A DNA stretch of 64,000 nucleotides, from assembly GCA_050084515.1 (NCBI GenBank), contig CM114271.1, positions 19,530,001 to 19,594,000 on the forward strand, in the 5' to 3' direction. The number at the start of each line of letters is the position of its first letter. Position 1 is the first letter of the stretch. The position numbers and the translations under genes were made by a program. The notes beneath the pieces were generated by a model. The model saw only the letters and a program-made list of their open reading frames with translations, was not told the origin of the DNA and searched no databases. This document shows positions 1 to 14,859 of the stretch, piece after piece. The DNA is from Blasia pusilla (Eukaryota).

Positions 1-3000
1 GCAATTCGAGATCTGGTTTCGTTGTGGACGCGAGGTTTGATGCATCGTGATCCGCGATTTGTTGTGCAGATATTAAACAAAAGGCGATCCCGGTGAGTTC
101 TGTTGTCATTCGCGTTTTACCCCTCTAAACTGGTAGAGTGTTACAAAGCCAGCAATGCGGATGGATGAAACCCAAGAACTCGCATAAGCAACTCCAGATC
201 TCTAGCTGTTTTCGATGTAGAGGAGGGGTGATTTGGGTTTCTTCTCAGGAACGGAACCGAAGCTGTCCATGGCACCTCCCTCGTGGCTCTCGATTCTCCA
301 GTGTGCTTGTGCGATTTTCCAAGAGGTGCGGATTCGAGTGCATTCCGAACCTGGTCTTCTGGCATGCGGATGCGTGTGAGTCGTTGATGAACGAGCTGTG
401 GGAGAAAATCCTCCTATGAGAGCTTTCACGAGGAACCTGCGCAGTTCAATGGGCTAAGTCGGTGTGGAACACGTGGAATGGAAATAGGGTGAAGGGAACA
501 TGGAATCCTCGGCTGTGCAGACCATTTTCACAGAGGGGTGCGCTCACCCATCTCCGTGATCATGACATGGGTCGCATCGTGAGTGTCAGTGGTTGGGGCA
601 GGGGTTGTCTTTAGAGTTTTCCCGAGCGGCGACTCGTTCTCTTCCTCTATATCAAACCCAATCCCTTCCGAGAATTTTTTAGGCATAATTTCCGCTTGAA
701 TTTCCAATGGCGGGAACTCTCTTCCAAGACTGTTGTAGTGCTACTTTTGCGACTTTGACTAAGGGACCGACTGTCAGTTCATGATGCATACAAGTTCATA
801 GAACCTTCCCTCTGTTTCAGTTGAAGGTTTGTACAATCAGAAGCGTGAGGGTCGATTCGTTGACTGACAAGCGCAGGAGATGCCCCCACTAGCGATTTGA
901 AAGACGATCATTTGTATTACCTGCATTACCGCACTTGTGCGAATCACGTCACCTTCATTCAAGTCTATAGGCAGCTTGGTCGAAGGCTTACATACGTCGT
1001 CACACATCACCAACGGCGGTCCGAGCTGGAGCTGGGGCTGGAGTAGTAGCCGGAATCTTTAGACTGACAGAATTATGTTTGTGTACCACCACCCAAATTT
1101 ATCGATGGGTGGTGGTGGATATGACGGATATGAAAAGAATCTCCTCGACGGACTTCGGCATGGACTACCACTTCGTTCGACATCGGGACCGGACTTTGGT
1201 ATTCGACGTAGGGGGATTTCCTCAAAACCGATCTCCCAATTGCGTTGTTGCAGCTGCTGCAACAGAAACCTACTGACGTCCTTCGCAGTGAAACTTGTTT
1301 TTCCGCCGGTCTGCCGCACAGCTCGTCTTCGCCGTCCTATTGATACATATGATTGCTACTGAGGGCCTGAATCCTGATCAGAAAAACCATGAGAGCTTAT
1401 TCTCCCGCACTCCGTCTGTAGGACTCATAGGGTCTTCTTTTCAATTCATCGCCGGGGATGAATTGAAATGAAGGAAGGACTACGATGTCCTCTACGATAG
1501 AAAGCAAGGCAACGCAGCGAGTGCAATCACTGCAATGCAAGTGAGTCCAAACCTTCGCAGAATCCTTAAAAAGCGAGCATATTCGGTGTCGTGTTTCCCG
1601 ACAAGAAACAGCCAACCGATGTCAGACCGTGTGGGGTCGAGCGGACTTAAATCCGAGAAGGTGACGCTCGAAAAGTAAGATTAAAAAACTGCGGCAACAG
1701 GGGCATGTGCGAGAGTGATCTCGTCACATAAAAGCTCCCAATCCGTGCGCCTCCAGGAGTCTTCGGGCCCATGTGCGCATCACGGCACCGGAACTCCGGT
1801 CGGGGAAAACGCGAGTTAATGCCAGCCTCAACAAAAAGCATATTTTGCCTCATCAGATGATCAGATGCGCTGGGTATGAATGCCAACAGCAGGGCGTTGG
1901 TCACCTAACCCCCGTTAATGGACCACTCCATCACTCGTTTTAATCGAAGTGCATCTTTTTCTCTAATGGAACGATTTTAGCATCGTCCACTATCCATATC
2001 GTAGCATCCCTCTGCTTCTGCTTGCAACAATCGAATCCCACTCGAGCTCGGTAATGCAGCTATGCATTCTTGGGAGCGTGTAGCAATAGCTAGGCGTCGT
2101 GCCAAGAATCCTAACATTTTCGGAGACAGTTCGACACTGCACAGATTTCTGTTGCGTCGTATAGGGGGGGCGCACTTGCTGCAGTAAATGCCTGCATGCA
2201 AGAGCCCCAGGACGAAGTCGCCGCTCTTACACCATATCTAATCTGCCGAGGGCATGAAAGGTCTAGACTCTAAAGTCAATGTAGGCAGAGACTCCGGTCG
2301 CCGAAGTGCATGCGGTGCTCGCGATCTGCTGTCAATGCACTACCGACCAACCGACTGCCAACACGAATGCTGTGAGCCTGCAGACGAATCTATTCGATGC
2401 AAGCACCCGGTAGCTTCGCGATTCGCTTGCGAAGCTGCTTCACCAGTTCGATGAAACGGGTTCGCCGCCGGAGGGCACAACAGATGCAGAGGTTTGTGCA
2501 GGCTTTGGTGACCAGATCGGAACTCCTTCCGCACTGGAACAGTAGCGCCATACCCGCCTACAGGTGCTGGAGGGAATTCTCCAAGTCTCCCCTCTCCGTG
2601 CTTGCTCTACCGCGGGAAAAAGCCCTAAAACTATTCAGTGGTTCGAATCTATGCTGTAGAACCAGCCAGATTTTAGAACTATAGTGAATTCTCTGCACGG
2701 AGGAAATGTCATGTGCCTCCTGGAGTGACCGAATTCGTGCTCTAGAACTTGCGAGATTTGAAAACTGTTGTAATTGGTGGCCTAGATTTCCATATCCTCC
2801 CCTGATTTCTGGCCAGGGATTGTTTCACCGTCTCTCTTTCTCGAGGTATTATCGAACTGGGATCCCTGATCGGCTCCCGGTTTATACTTGGAACACCAAG
2901 TAACATCGCTGCAGCCGATCGAGTGGGACATAAAAATACTGGAAAGAGTTGTTTAAAGAAATTATATTTCCACTTGCAAGTAAAGTGTGGTAGCCATGCC

Positions 3001-6000
3001 ACATGAGTCGACGAGTCAGAGATTGATTCTTCGTAATAAAGTGCAAGACAATTTTGGAGTGGGGAATGTGTATTCGATTATGTTACTAAAGTTTTCCTAT
3101 TATATATTCATTGGTAAGAGTGCATGAGATTATACATTATATTCTCTTGTCTACCTAAGAGGAACACAAGCAATAGCACCATCTCAATGGGCGTCTGAAA
3201 GACTAGGAGTAGTGAGTTTCGTAATCTAGGCTTCATGTAAAATCGGCTCCACACTCATATGAAATGCATTGCAATCTCTTAAGTTAGGGTGAAATTTCAT
3301 GCTTAGCAGGTCCAGGAGAGATTTGTAGGAGCTCTTGTGATTGCTACTAGTGGGGTTTTTGATCTTAAGATCAAGACTTTTCTTTCATGGCATTAGCGCA
3401 TGAGTTCTCGTGTTCCCAGTGCGCAGAGGTTTTGTGAATCATTTGAGTGCATACTCCCTGATTGTAGACAGCGGCCTTACTTTCTGAGACTCTTTTGTGC
3501 TTGTGGACATGGCGGTCACCGACTCAATGGACGAAGAAACCGGTGTTGGGGATAGCCAGCAATGCCATTTCCTTCGTCGTAGATCGGGAGAAAGATTCCC
3601 GTAGTGGAGCGCCTCTCGCAATTGGGAAACAGTTCGTCAGTTTGTCCTGAACAGTCAGAATCTGAAGGTTACAATGCATTGCAAGGTCTTACAGTCCATG
3701 TGTTAAAACCGTTCAAATTCGGATCTCGGGCTACGGATGAGGAGGCTCTCCGGGAATCAGTGCGGTATTGAAGTGCGGTTCTGCTTCTGCACTAGTCAGC
3801 GCCAGAGGGTCCTAGGGGAAATCGGACTCGCAATTTGCGACGCGGGTTCAGCTGTCACCATTCACCGTATACTTGGGCTCGAACCAAAGACTGGGGCACA
3901 TTGGTAATTCTTCCTTGGTGCTTAAACTGATCCGGTTAATCCAACACCGAGGAAAGTCGTGGAAGAAACCAGGAGAACTCACGAGTTCCGCATGCGATAT
4001 CTCAGAGCGCCTCTCGAAGGTCCTTAGAATCATATGTCACTTCCTTCGTGCTCTAAGATGATCTATCCAGCACGAGGGACATCTATGGCAGTAGCGAAGT
4101 GGCAGGCCCTACTGCAAAATGGGCACATTTCTTCTCAGTTTCGACCCTAAAGAATCAATCATCAAAATCACACATCGCTCGTCTTCTCGACGAACAGGAA
4201 GCCCTCCTTGCAGGCATTTAATGCCGCGTGCGGACACAGGATTGGGCAGCAAAGCAGAGGTCCAGCAATCAAATATGCTCTCCCCGTCCTAAAGCTGCCC
4301 CCAGATGTGCATTCAAAACCTGCAGCTGGACTCTTCTTCGCGGGTTGAATTTCTCATTCTTCGGACACCCTGTGACGAGAACGGATTCTCCATTCTCTCT
4401 CCATTCACACATTCCTTCAATCCTTCAACGCACACTCTCTTGAGTACTAATTAGGCTGGTCTCCGCGTTTCTTTCTCACGAGTCCAAGAGTCACGTTCAT
4501 AGTAGAGTATGGATTTTGCACTAAGATGAGAAAATCGGCGACTGTTCACCAATTTTTAGACAGCGGAGGGTAATTGAACACTACTCGCTTACCTGACAAA
4601 GGCGTTTCTTGAGAAGGGCAAGGCAGACGCAAGCTGCCGGTACACATTCGGAATGTAACCCTAAGGCTCCATCATGGAGATGGTTAACCTCTGTAAAATC
4701 ATCTCGTAACATGCGAAAGGCCCCGTGTAATGTGACGGCTACACAATCCACAAGCTCACGGCCTGATCAAGCTTTGGGCAACATCGCAAGTGAGGCCTCT
4801 TGTGGAGTGTTCCAAATAGAGGAGAGGACCCACTCACCTCTATTGAAATTCTGACACAGTACGTTTCGTCATCCACGGCTTTGTGTGGTTGACAGTTTTG
4901 ATCAGGTCCGTGGCTCCTTTCTGAAGGTTGGCCGCGCGTGAGCGAACTTCAAGACTCAATTGCTGTGTCTCATCAACGCATGTGTGACGCTAGATTCCTG
5001 CAACATCTATGATCTCCTGTGGTCACCCTTCGTATCTTGAAGGATGCGAAGCACTCGGCATCAATCGTAATGCCTTAACATCATGCCCGCTCTCCAAATT
5101 CTCAGCAGATTGATTTTCAAGCATGAAAGAGATACATTTCAAATCCACGGAGACCACCTACAACAGGTATGGTGTCCAATTTATAGCCATACGGCAGGAG
5201 CTGAGCAAGTCGGTGACAAAAGACCATGGAATCCTGATTGTCCATTCCATTGCAGCTTCTTACGGATCTCATTTTCGACGGATCTAATTTCTTCAGTGAT
5301 TGATGACACTTGCATTCGTCCGACTCCGTATTCATGAAACCTGATTGACCATGAGTGACAGCTTGTGTCCAGAGCACCAATGGCAGAATCCTCCGGCAGT
5401 CCATATGAGATGTGACTCCTGACAAGAGCAGAGGTTCCTGTTTTATGACCAAAGGCTCGTTTGTCTCCGCACAGCACTTTGTCATAACAAGCAGTTTCCA
5501 GTAAACAAGAAAATCGAATAATGAAAGGCATTATTCAGTTTAATTTCTCTTTCCAGTGGTGTTGTTAAACTGTTAAAGAGAGCCCAGTGGCGTTGTTAAA
5601 CTGTAACAGAGAGAACACAGTGACTTTAGGCAGTAAGCTAGGGCGTGGTCAGGGCTCCTTTGGTGCTTTTCTTCTAAAGTTAAACTCCAAAAGTCACTCA
5701 TCAACTTAGCTTCGTGACTTAGAATCAATTGGCTCCCTACGATACTCCAAATTCGAACCAACAAGCTGGAATGTGGTTAAAGGCCTCATGTTAGAAGTTA
5801 TGTTTCTATGTGAATGAAAATTAGCTCGAGAAGACAAAGGCTAAGGTTTCAAAGGCTCGGGTTTCAAAATAGATAAGTGGGGAGAGCATCACGTGCCAAT
5901 CAATTAGAGGCTGTGTCATCAGGTCAGAAGGCACCATGTATAAGGGCACTCTCCCATAATAATATAGATTGTAGATATTCATTCTTGAAGATTGTTGTAG

Positions 6001-6423
6001 TGGTTCTCTGATTTCTTTGGCTTTGAGTTTTATGACCCTTCTAATCCCCATATTTTAGGCTCAAAGGCTCTCCTATGCTCCTTCATTCTTGTGCACCATA
6101 AATCGCAATGGATTCTTGTATAACTAGTAAGAACGCACATGTCACATTGGATGAAGGGGATGAGAAATTTTTGGGAGAATGGTGAAGTGTGAGCATAGGT
6201 TGGACGTGGTCACCTCTTTAGATGTACATAATAGAAAGAGGGTTTAAGATAGTGGAGAAATTGAAAATTCAATGCCCAAGTAAAGAGATTACATAAATAT
6301 GGTTGGAAGCATACTTAATAAAAAAATCTCTGAATAGGATAAGCCCTAATTTATATATAGGGCTCATGGTTATTCAAATGCACTAAAATAAAAAGGAAAT
6401 ATGCATAAATGGAAGGCTATTAA

Positions 6424-7290
6424 TGTCGTGTGCCTACTCCCCTCGAATGTCAATCTTTAGTGTCGCGAAGCGTACGTTTTGTAGGACACGCTCTCATCGT
6501 CGATCTGCATCCAAACACACTCGCATTAGTCTGGTCAGGATCAATCAGCCTTCCTCGCATGAGCCCCAAACTGAGACCCACCAATATGAGTCTTCGGTTG
6601 GAATCCAATAAGGACCTGCGAAATCCACTCTATTGGACTTGGTTCAGGTTTCGAATCCCAACGCCAAACTCGCAATCCATTACGTGCCCTTGAATCGCCC
6701 GTGGGGCCCAAAAGTGGGGTTTGAGTCCCAAGCATCCTTGGGGACCTTCCCCTTACTAGTACTTCTAGGAATCCCCTCCTTCCTCCACCTTTGGGAAGAG
6801 ACACCCATGTCCCTCTTTCTGGCCCTCAATCTGACTCCCTATACAAATTTTTTTGGTAAATATCTCAGCCTCTTTTGCGTTGGCTAAGATCTTTGGTATG
6901 TTGGAATCAGCTTTGCATAAGCTCTCCAACGCCATCTTACTTGTCCCAAATTCATTTTGGGACTAAAAGTTATGGTAAAAAATACAGTCGGAAATCCCAA
7001 ACGCTAATCACGTTCCAAATCCGGTTCTCACCTTTTTGCCACGTCTCATGCTAGAATCGACTCCTCTCACGTCGGGGTTCGCATTTGGTTCCAATTTCCT
7101 TAGTCGCGACCGTAAATGCATGAAACACTCGAAACGCTAGGATGAGATGTGGCCAAAAGGTGAGAACGGCACTTGTGTTTCCAGACTTGTCTCTTCTTGA
7201 GACGTCTCCAAAGTGCGAACCATCCTAACGTGAGCTCACTAGAGTTCAGATGTTCCACTTGGCGCTCATTTGGTTGTGAGGGTCGCGACA
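6424..7290. mobile_element. Solo LTR (867 bp), probably Gypsy
   Basis: Termini TGTCGTG...CGCGACA with a perfect 5-bp TSD ATTAA (6419-6423 and 7291-7295). The internal 6630-6760 segment has an inverted homologue at about 12300-12480. Confidence 0.85.
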
Positions 7291-8608
7291 ATTAATTTAG
7301 AACGTAGTAATTGATAATAATTAGATCATATATTATCTTCATTAATAAAAAAAAATTATGTTGTTATTGTAGAGAACATGAAAGCATCCTCTAGGATTAT
7401 GAATGGTGAATCTATAATGGATTTCACAAAATCTATCTATGTTCTTTCTATGCTAAACTTATATTGCCACTGGAATATAAATTTTTCAATAATGGCCCAA
7501 TTTCACATGATAAAACATCTATAACATTAAGGGAGGATTATCTCCCATGAGAACACCTCTTTTGGTTAAATATTGGGGTATCCACCATGCCTTCTTTTTA
7601 CCACTTTTTTTTTCAAAAAACACATTTGGTTCATTTTAATGTGGGATTCTCTAGGTGATGTTATATTGTCTATGTTGTTGGTGAATTATGCCGGTAAGAG
7701 GATGCCACATTTTCTTTTCATTTTTCGTGCCATTATTGACCTTACTTACTTACTCCTCAAATCTCTTTCTTTTGTACTTGTAATGGGTTCCCCCCATCAC
7801 CTCTTATTATCTAGGCTTTCTCTTTCTTTTCATCTGAAAAAAACATTGAAAGTTATAAGGAAGACAACCAGTAATTTGAAGTCCACAAACTCGCTATTAA
7901 TTAATAATGATGACTCCATATCTACATGGAGTGAAAAACTATTTGGTTGTCATAAGTTCAGTTTTCTTCCCAAAGTTAATGAATCCGAATGTAGTGAATA
8001 CAAGTAACTTTTTTTATTCTAGTGCGACTTATTGGGTGAGATGGCACTATGAAATTCTTGGAAACGCAATGAATCTAAAGAGTCATATTTTCAAAAATAT
8101 AGAAAATTTATTTTCTTAGTAAAATATCTTACTTGGTTTTTTTAATTCATAATAATGTTAAAAATAGTTTCTTTCTTTTCAGATCTTCATCTTTCAATTA
8201 ATAGAACAAAAACCACTCATTTTAATCATTTTTTCGACAATAAAAATAAATAAATTTCCCAATCAAGTAAGGTAAAAAAAAAAGGTCTTTCATCACTATG
8301 AAGAAAAGATCTTTTCCCGCCTTCAAACTAAACTTTAAAATTAATTTTCTAGCAATGTTTGGCATGAAATTTGTAAAAACAATCGATTTTCAGACGAGAA
8401 GATAATGAATTTGTGGAAGATTTAATGAGATTTTCTCCTGAATTTCAAGTTACTTTAATTAATAAATGAGTACTTTTAAATTTTCAAGTGGAAAAATAAT
8501 ATATTAATCAAACTCTCAAAACCTTCCCCTCATTCTATTTTCTACTTAGTAAACTGTAATATTACACTCCATCAAGCGGCTTTATTCATGGTCCTCTAAG
8601 TGAGCTAT

Positions 8609-8740
8609 GGGACTTACTCACTTGACTATTACAAGTGAATGTGGGACCTTAAAAAGGGTAGATTGGATTCTTACGGGACTTACTCATATGAATATTACAA
8701 GTGAATGGTGGACCTTAAAAAGGGTAGATTAGATTCTTAT
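8609..8740. repeat. Two-copy tandem duplication of about 66 bp
   Basis: ggacttactca...attacaagtgaat..ggaccttaaaaagggtagatt.gattctta occurs twice in tandem. Confidence 0.8.
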
Positions 8741-11700
8741 GACCGTGGACTCTTAGGAATGGAGTTTCCCACTAGAACAAATCCAGGACTCGCTGAAATT
8801 TGGCGCTCCTAAGACCAAGTTGAAGGGTTGCAGGGTTCAGACCTTCAACCCTTCAAAACACCGAATTCACTTCCAGTTCAAAGGTAGGAGTTTTCGTACC
8901 TTACATGCCTCTCTCATGCCATAGCCTGCAGGAAGATCTCCAGAATTCGCTCCAAAAAAGCTACAGGAATGGGCTTCAAGCGCATCTATCTCCATGGATT
9001 CTCTTATGGATACAACAAAACGATCAAGAGGAGGTTTTCAGATGTGACCGGGAATACGGATTTTGGTTATCTACATCAAGAGCATCTTCATTGCTGGTAG
9101 CAAGATGTGCATGTTCCTTTATTTGAGAGAGGAATCCGTCAGTAGTTCAATGCATTGAGGCGACCACTTGGACCTTAGCTCCTTATCGCCTCCACAAAAG
9201 ACTCTCCAGCTGACAAGACTTTTGCTCAAAGCTTCCATGGCTGACTCCTACGCTTTGCTACAGATCCTTCCTGGACTGCTGACACGAATCCCCATCCAGC
9301 CACCACGATTGAGATCTTGCATTGCCAAAACTGCCCTCCAGAGCCACCTTTTCAGTCTGCCCACGGATGTTTCAGAGTGTGAAAGAATTCCTTCGGAGAT
9401 TTGCAGCCTCAACTGATAGCAGATTCCCTTTCGCCCCCACGATTATCTCCGGTTTGTGACCGCTATCTCTTTGACTGCCTGACAGGCTTCTCGCAGAGAC
9501 TCCATGATTAACTGCAGCATGTGGCGAAGCAATCTTCGTGGTTGAATCCATGATTACCCCCCACGGCGTTCGCTGGGTCACGGTGTCTTCTCCCTACAGT
9601 TCAGCTTTTCCCACCAAACCGGGAGTTTCCTCAATCTTCAACGCGTGACCCCAGAGTCCAGGAAACTATTCGACACACTTACTCTGTTCAATGCGCTGGA
9701 AAGTGCTCGAGTTTTTATTGGACGTTAGATCTGTGAGATTCTTCACATGGAACATTAGTCAGGAAGTGTTGTCGACATTCTCTGCTTAAGATGGGGCATA
9801 ACATGAATTAAAGATTTTGCCCCTTACAGGGACAAAATATTAATCAGTGCACAAGGACTCAGAACGAAACTGACGGAAATTGAGTTGGATGGGCAGTGTC
9901 TACTTCCACGCCAGGAGAGGGAGTGGCCAGACTTCAGGTACTGAAGACTTCCAGGCTACAGAAGGATATAGATCCTCGAGAGGCAAGTTCACTTTAGAAT
10001 TGGTGGAGTTCGAAGAACCACAGGTTCTCTTGGGATCACTGCAACTGGTTTGCCTGAACCAGTACCTATCCACAGGGACGAATGGAAGTCTCCCTAAGCT
10101 TCGAATGTCCTCTCCGTATGAGACTCATTCCCCACTGACCCAATTCAGAGGACTGTGAGACTGAGCCAATTTGGGATCAAAGAGCAAATAGTACCTTGGC
10201 ATATGTACTCTTGTAATTCAAGTAAAGGGACTGGAAACTAGAGAGTGACCTCATGCTGAAGACTGAAGTATATTTTGTTTCTCGTCTTGGATCCCAAAGC
10301 TTGAGATCATCTGCAATCGTGTATAATCATAGGTCACTCTCTTCGACTGTGCGGCTCAAAGACATAAAGTTCAACAGCAGACATCCGACAGGCTCGAGAA
10401 TGGCTGTTGCGTTATGTTAGGACTCTTCAGAGACACGCATCTCCTCCGTACCATGAGTGCTATCTTGAAGTCATCCCTCTACTATTCTTGCGACATCCAC
10501 ATCGCTTAACTCTCAACTTCGATACATTGGTGCAAACGCTACTAAAGAGTAAAGTACAGAGTGCTAGTTTCACTACTGCGTTAAGACGAGAAATACAATC
10601 AAACTGTATAACACCCAGTACACATGACACAAAAAACAACATCAAATCCACGACAAGCGCAGGTCTGCAGGAAGAACCAAATGAACCCAAGCTGCACACA
10701 ACAAAGCCAGTATCTCCTTCGTGTGCAGTTCAAGAATCATACATCGGAATGTGCGAATTCATGAAGCTCGAATCCATGCACTACAAGTCCTAGCACCGCT
10801 CCCGGCTTTTCCGTCATGTAGCTCCCTACACCGACTGTCGACTGAAAGCTGCGTGAGCCATGAATAACGACTTGAATTGTGATCCGACCAAATCCAATCT
10901 CCGATACGACTATTTACTAGTAGCGACGCCGCGGCTGAATCATGCCTCGTATCAGATTGTGGCGACGAAACGCCTCACGAGTGGCCGTATTTGGAATTAG
11001 GGTTTGGCGATCCGTCCATTTTCCTCCATTTTAGGGTTAGAGTTCTCGGGATGTACTTTCTACATGAACGAACGATTTTTGGATTTTCTTCAACTTTTTG
11101 TGTTTTTATGTTGCTACACCCTAATCTTCTTTTGATTTTCAAATTCTCTTAGATATTGCATGTGCTAGTGTCACACATGCAATGGATGTCTAGAGGTCTT
11201 TTGGTTGATGAGTTTCTCAAAATCCTTTTATATCCTCATTTAGTCATAAAAATCTGATCTATCTTGCTTAAAATATTTGCCATAAATATCTCATTCGGAA
11301 AGTTTCATATCATATTTTTGTCATTTGAAACATGGAAAGTTTTCGAATTAGATTTCTAAAGTCAACAATATTTTCCTAATATCCTAAAGCCATCGAAAAT
11401 ACTTTGGGCATGTTATTGAATGAAAAGTCAAAAGTATGCATGTCCAACTCAAGGATGTTTATCATGTTATTTGTAGTATTCACTCGCTACTCCAACTTGT
11501 ATTGGAGTAGTGAGTGTTTACCTTATATACCTAAAGGGTTTGGACATCAATATCTATCAACTGAGGATGATATATTAGTGAGGATAGGAATATGTGTATA
11601 TGTATAGGCTATCCCCAATTTAATGACAATTTTTTGCTATTTAGAAAAACTTGCCCATATGGGTGAGGCCTTTATTTTGGGCATTGTTGACTTCTTTATT

Positions 11701-11850
11701 TGGAATGTGCGTCTTGAGTCACTATTGTGAGTTACGGTTGGAGTATTGTCGTCGCAATGCTCATAACCAAATGAGTGTCAATGAGGACGATTGGAACTCT
11801 AATGGGCTTACATAAGGATATAAATGTTTTAGAGTCTTAGTAACGAGGCA

Positions 11851-11983
11851 TGTTGTGCACATAACCATCACTACACAACGTACATCATTATCACCAAACA
11901 CAAACGCATAAACACAAGATATTAAACTCACACATGATATCTAAACATTTAAGTTGACCAAAGTTGTAAATCGTGGAAGAATG

Positions 11984-12067
<84 letters not shown>

Positions 12068-12818
12068 GGCAAGGAGAAATATAATTTTGATGGCTCTCCA
12101 TGTTTGAGGTCAAAGCAACTCAACCCTTTAAATATGCATTAGAGAATAAGATAGTATTGGAAAGCTTGTGAGGATATACTTCCAAAGATCCATACAAGCC
12201 TATAAGCAAAAGTCCTAATTCATAAACAAGATCAAAAATATCATAATAATACTTTGGGTTGAGGATCAAAAGGAGCACCCCAAGATGGATTCTTTAGATG
12301 AAGAAGAGGACAATTTTTTTTCTAGAATTATATTTAAGAGGAAGGGTCTTAAAGGGAGTTTGGAACTTGAACCCCATCTTGGGAACCACGAGGGTTGAAC
12401 TAAGGGCACGAAATGGATTGAAAGGTTGGCATTGGGATTTTGATACCAGAACAAGTCAAGGTAGTCCAATTTGGATGCTTATCTTGGACCTTGACCCAAA
12501 ACTTAGCTATTGGGTTTTGATAAGCTTTTTTGAAGTCTATTGGACAGTCGGGATTGCCAAATATTTTAATTTCATTTCAAGTTCCTAGACTATCATAGAA
12601 GTCTATCCTAAGTCTTGAATGCCTTGCATGTGTTGGAGAGTAAGGAGTTAGGTTAGTATTTGACATTGTCTAGATTTTTTGAACTTGAGGGGTTATCCCA
12701 TATCTTGACTCAAGAGACGCAAGGCTAATGGGCCCAAACTGGGGCTAGTTACTACTTTAAAAAGGGGCTTTTATCCCATGAAAAAGGTAGTAAAAGGGGT
12801 CTTTTTTGTGTTGTGACA
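11851..12818. mobile_element. Degenerate LTR-like element containing a (CT)n tract
   Basis: Begins TGTTGTGCACATAACCATCACTAC, similar to other termini in the window. The 12300-12480 segment is an inverted homologue of the 6424-7290 LTR. The right end (TGTGACA, 12818) is tentative and no TSD was found. Confidence 0.45.
11986..12064. repeat. (CT)n microsatellite
   Basis: About 79 bp of perfect dinucleotide repeat. Confidence 0.98.
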
Positions 12819-12829
12819 CCATCCCTAGG

Positions 12830-13520
12830 AGTGGTAAACTACCACAAAAAAACCGTTGCCTTTTACCCTTGCTCATATGTCATAAAGTTTTCCATCTAGG
12901 ACGAGGTAAAAATGTCATAACTTCCCATATTTTTTTAGACATGATATATTATGACGTCTCAAGGGTAGTAATGATAGTTCTACCATCCTTCAAAGGGTGG
13001 TAATGTTATTAGGTCGAGAAGGTGGTAATTTTTTTTTATCTCCCCTAGCCTAATCTAAGATAAGTTTACCGTATTATAAGGGTGGTAAATATTTTTTACC
13101 GTTTGGTAGGGGACGTAACTATATCTTTCTAGATGTTGCAAAGTTTTTCTACCTCCCTCTAGTAGTGGTAATATTATTATGTTGATAGGGTGGTAAACTT
13201 CATTTACCACCACTCACACATAGTAAGTTGACCTCATTCTAGCAATGGTAAATTAATCTTTACCTAGTCTAGGGATGGTAACTTTATCTCTTAATGCAGG
13301 TTGTAAAATTATTTTGTTGATGAGGGGGCATGATAATATATGTATTTATCCATTGCTAAGGGTGATAATTTCAGTTTATCCCTTGGAGGGCATAGTAATT
13401 TACCAATTACCTAGCCCATTACCAAGGGTGGTAAATTGAGTTTACTCCTAGGAAGGAATGGTAATTTACCCAGTGTGAGAGGTAGTAAATTAGATTTATC
13501 TAGTTCATGGAGTGGTAGAG
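12830..13520. repeat. Array of (A)GGGTGGTAA-like motifs in both orientations, probably a DNA-transposon subterminal region
   Basis: Many degenerate gtggtaa/ttaccac copies with irregular spacing. Confidence 0.6.
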
Positions 13521-14859
13521 ATTACATAATTTGCAAAAAATGAATTCCATGAAACAAATTATTCACAATTTTATTCATAAAAGAGGTATACACAAAATCG
13601 ATGAACGCTTTGTTAAAAACATATACAAGGTACTATTATCCTTAAAGTCAATCCCTAGATCTACGACTTCAATGTGTCAACTCTCCAAGCACTCTATCAC
13701 TACATCCATCTCTACAAGCATCACCAAAGGGTGATGTTGAGGGTTAAAACATAGAGGAGGTAGATAGTGGTTACGTTGGTCTAGGACCATCCTCGCTACC
13801 TTCCTCCTTCCCATCGTTCGTTGAATCATCATCCAATGAGTCTTCAGATGCACTATGGTGTAGATTTTAACTTCTAATCCTCCTTGCCTCACCCCAAAGC
13901 ACTCCCGACCTTGATATTTGCAAGCAAAAATCTTGGCTTGAGTCTTAAAGGTTCAACTGGTTGAGCATTCCATCGGTAGTTGAGACATTGTCAATTAAGA
14001 GTTATTCGGTTCTAAGTCTCCCCAAGTGCATACTAGCTTGTCTTTCTAGGAAAGCTCTTTCCCAAGCCCAAAATATTCTCCCCAAGTCATTCCTCTAAAC
14101 TAGAGCACGTCGGTTATTTCCTCAAGATGCTTCCCAAATGGTTCCTTAGCTCAAACCTGAAACATGACCAAATACGCATTTTAGTTAATCCCTTATTCAT
14201 GGACTTGAGTTGGTAGGGAGGGTGACAATCGCCTCACATAAGTACTTTTGGGGTTCTCCAATGAAATCCTACCTTTCCCAATGACCACCTTGAGCCCTTC
14301 ATTTTGGCCCAAAATTAAACCCACACGTGATACGCAACACACAGACCCACATCTTGGCCACCAAGGTACTGAAAAAACAAGGGCAGGGGAGTTGTTGGGC
14401 ATGTTCATTTTTGTACAACTATGCCAAGACCCCCCACTAGGCTGGTCATAGGCAACAAGCAAGCTCGCCTTTTAGGGACCTCCATGTTATCACTCTTGTA
14501 ATTTATAGAACTATAGACACATGGGCAATAGTTTGTGACTTGCTTCATAGATCTCCGCTAGCATGAGTGTCTCAGACTAAGGTATTCATGACACTACCCC
14601 ACTTAGCTGAGTCGATGTCCTCGTTAACTTGAGTTCTTGGCCCCCCTCCCCTCCTAAAAATTTTTTTTTTAAAGGAAAAAGGGAAAAAAAAGAGCATATG
14701 TAGGTAATCCTTGGGTTGAATTAATCAATGTCTTAAGTTTTGGCCTAGTCCTTTCTCTAGACACCCAAGCTTTCGCCAACCTATCCGGATTCCCAACATG
14801 TTGGGTCATACTAAGTACATAACACTTAGAACCCATTTTTGGTAGCAAATCGCATCAAG

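Noticed and set aside
7340-8100. Possible LINE RT remnant (RGVLMGDNPPLML on the minus strand)
   Set aside because: A single weak motif without supporting neighbouring motifs.
11941-12142. ERER / LSLS ORFs
   Set aside because: Translation of a CT microsatellite.
12830-13520. CRISPR-like array (also considered for 41239-42125)
   Set aside because: Short degenerate motifs in both orientations with irregular spacing, in a eukaryotic TE context with no cas genes.
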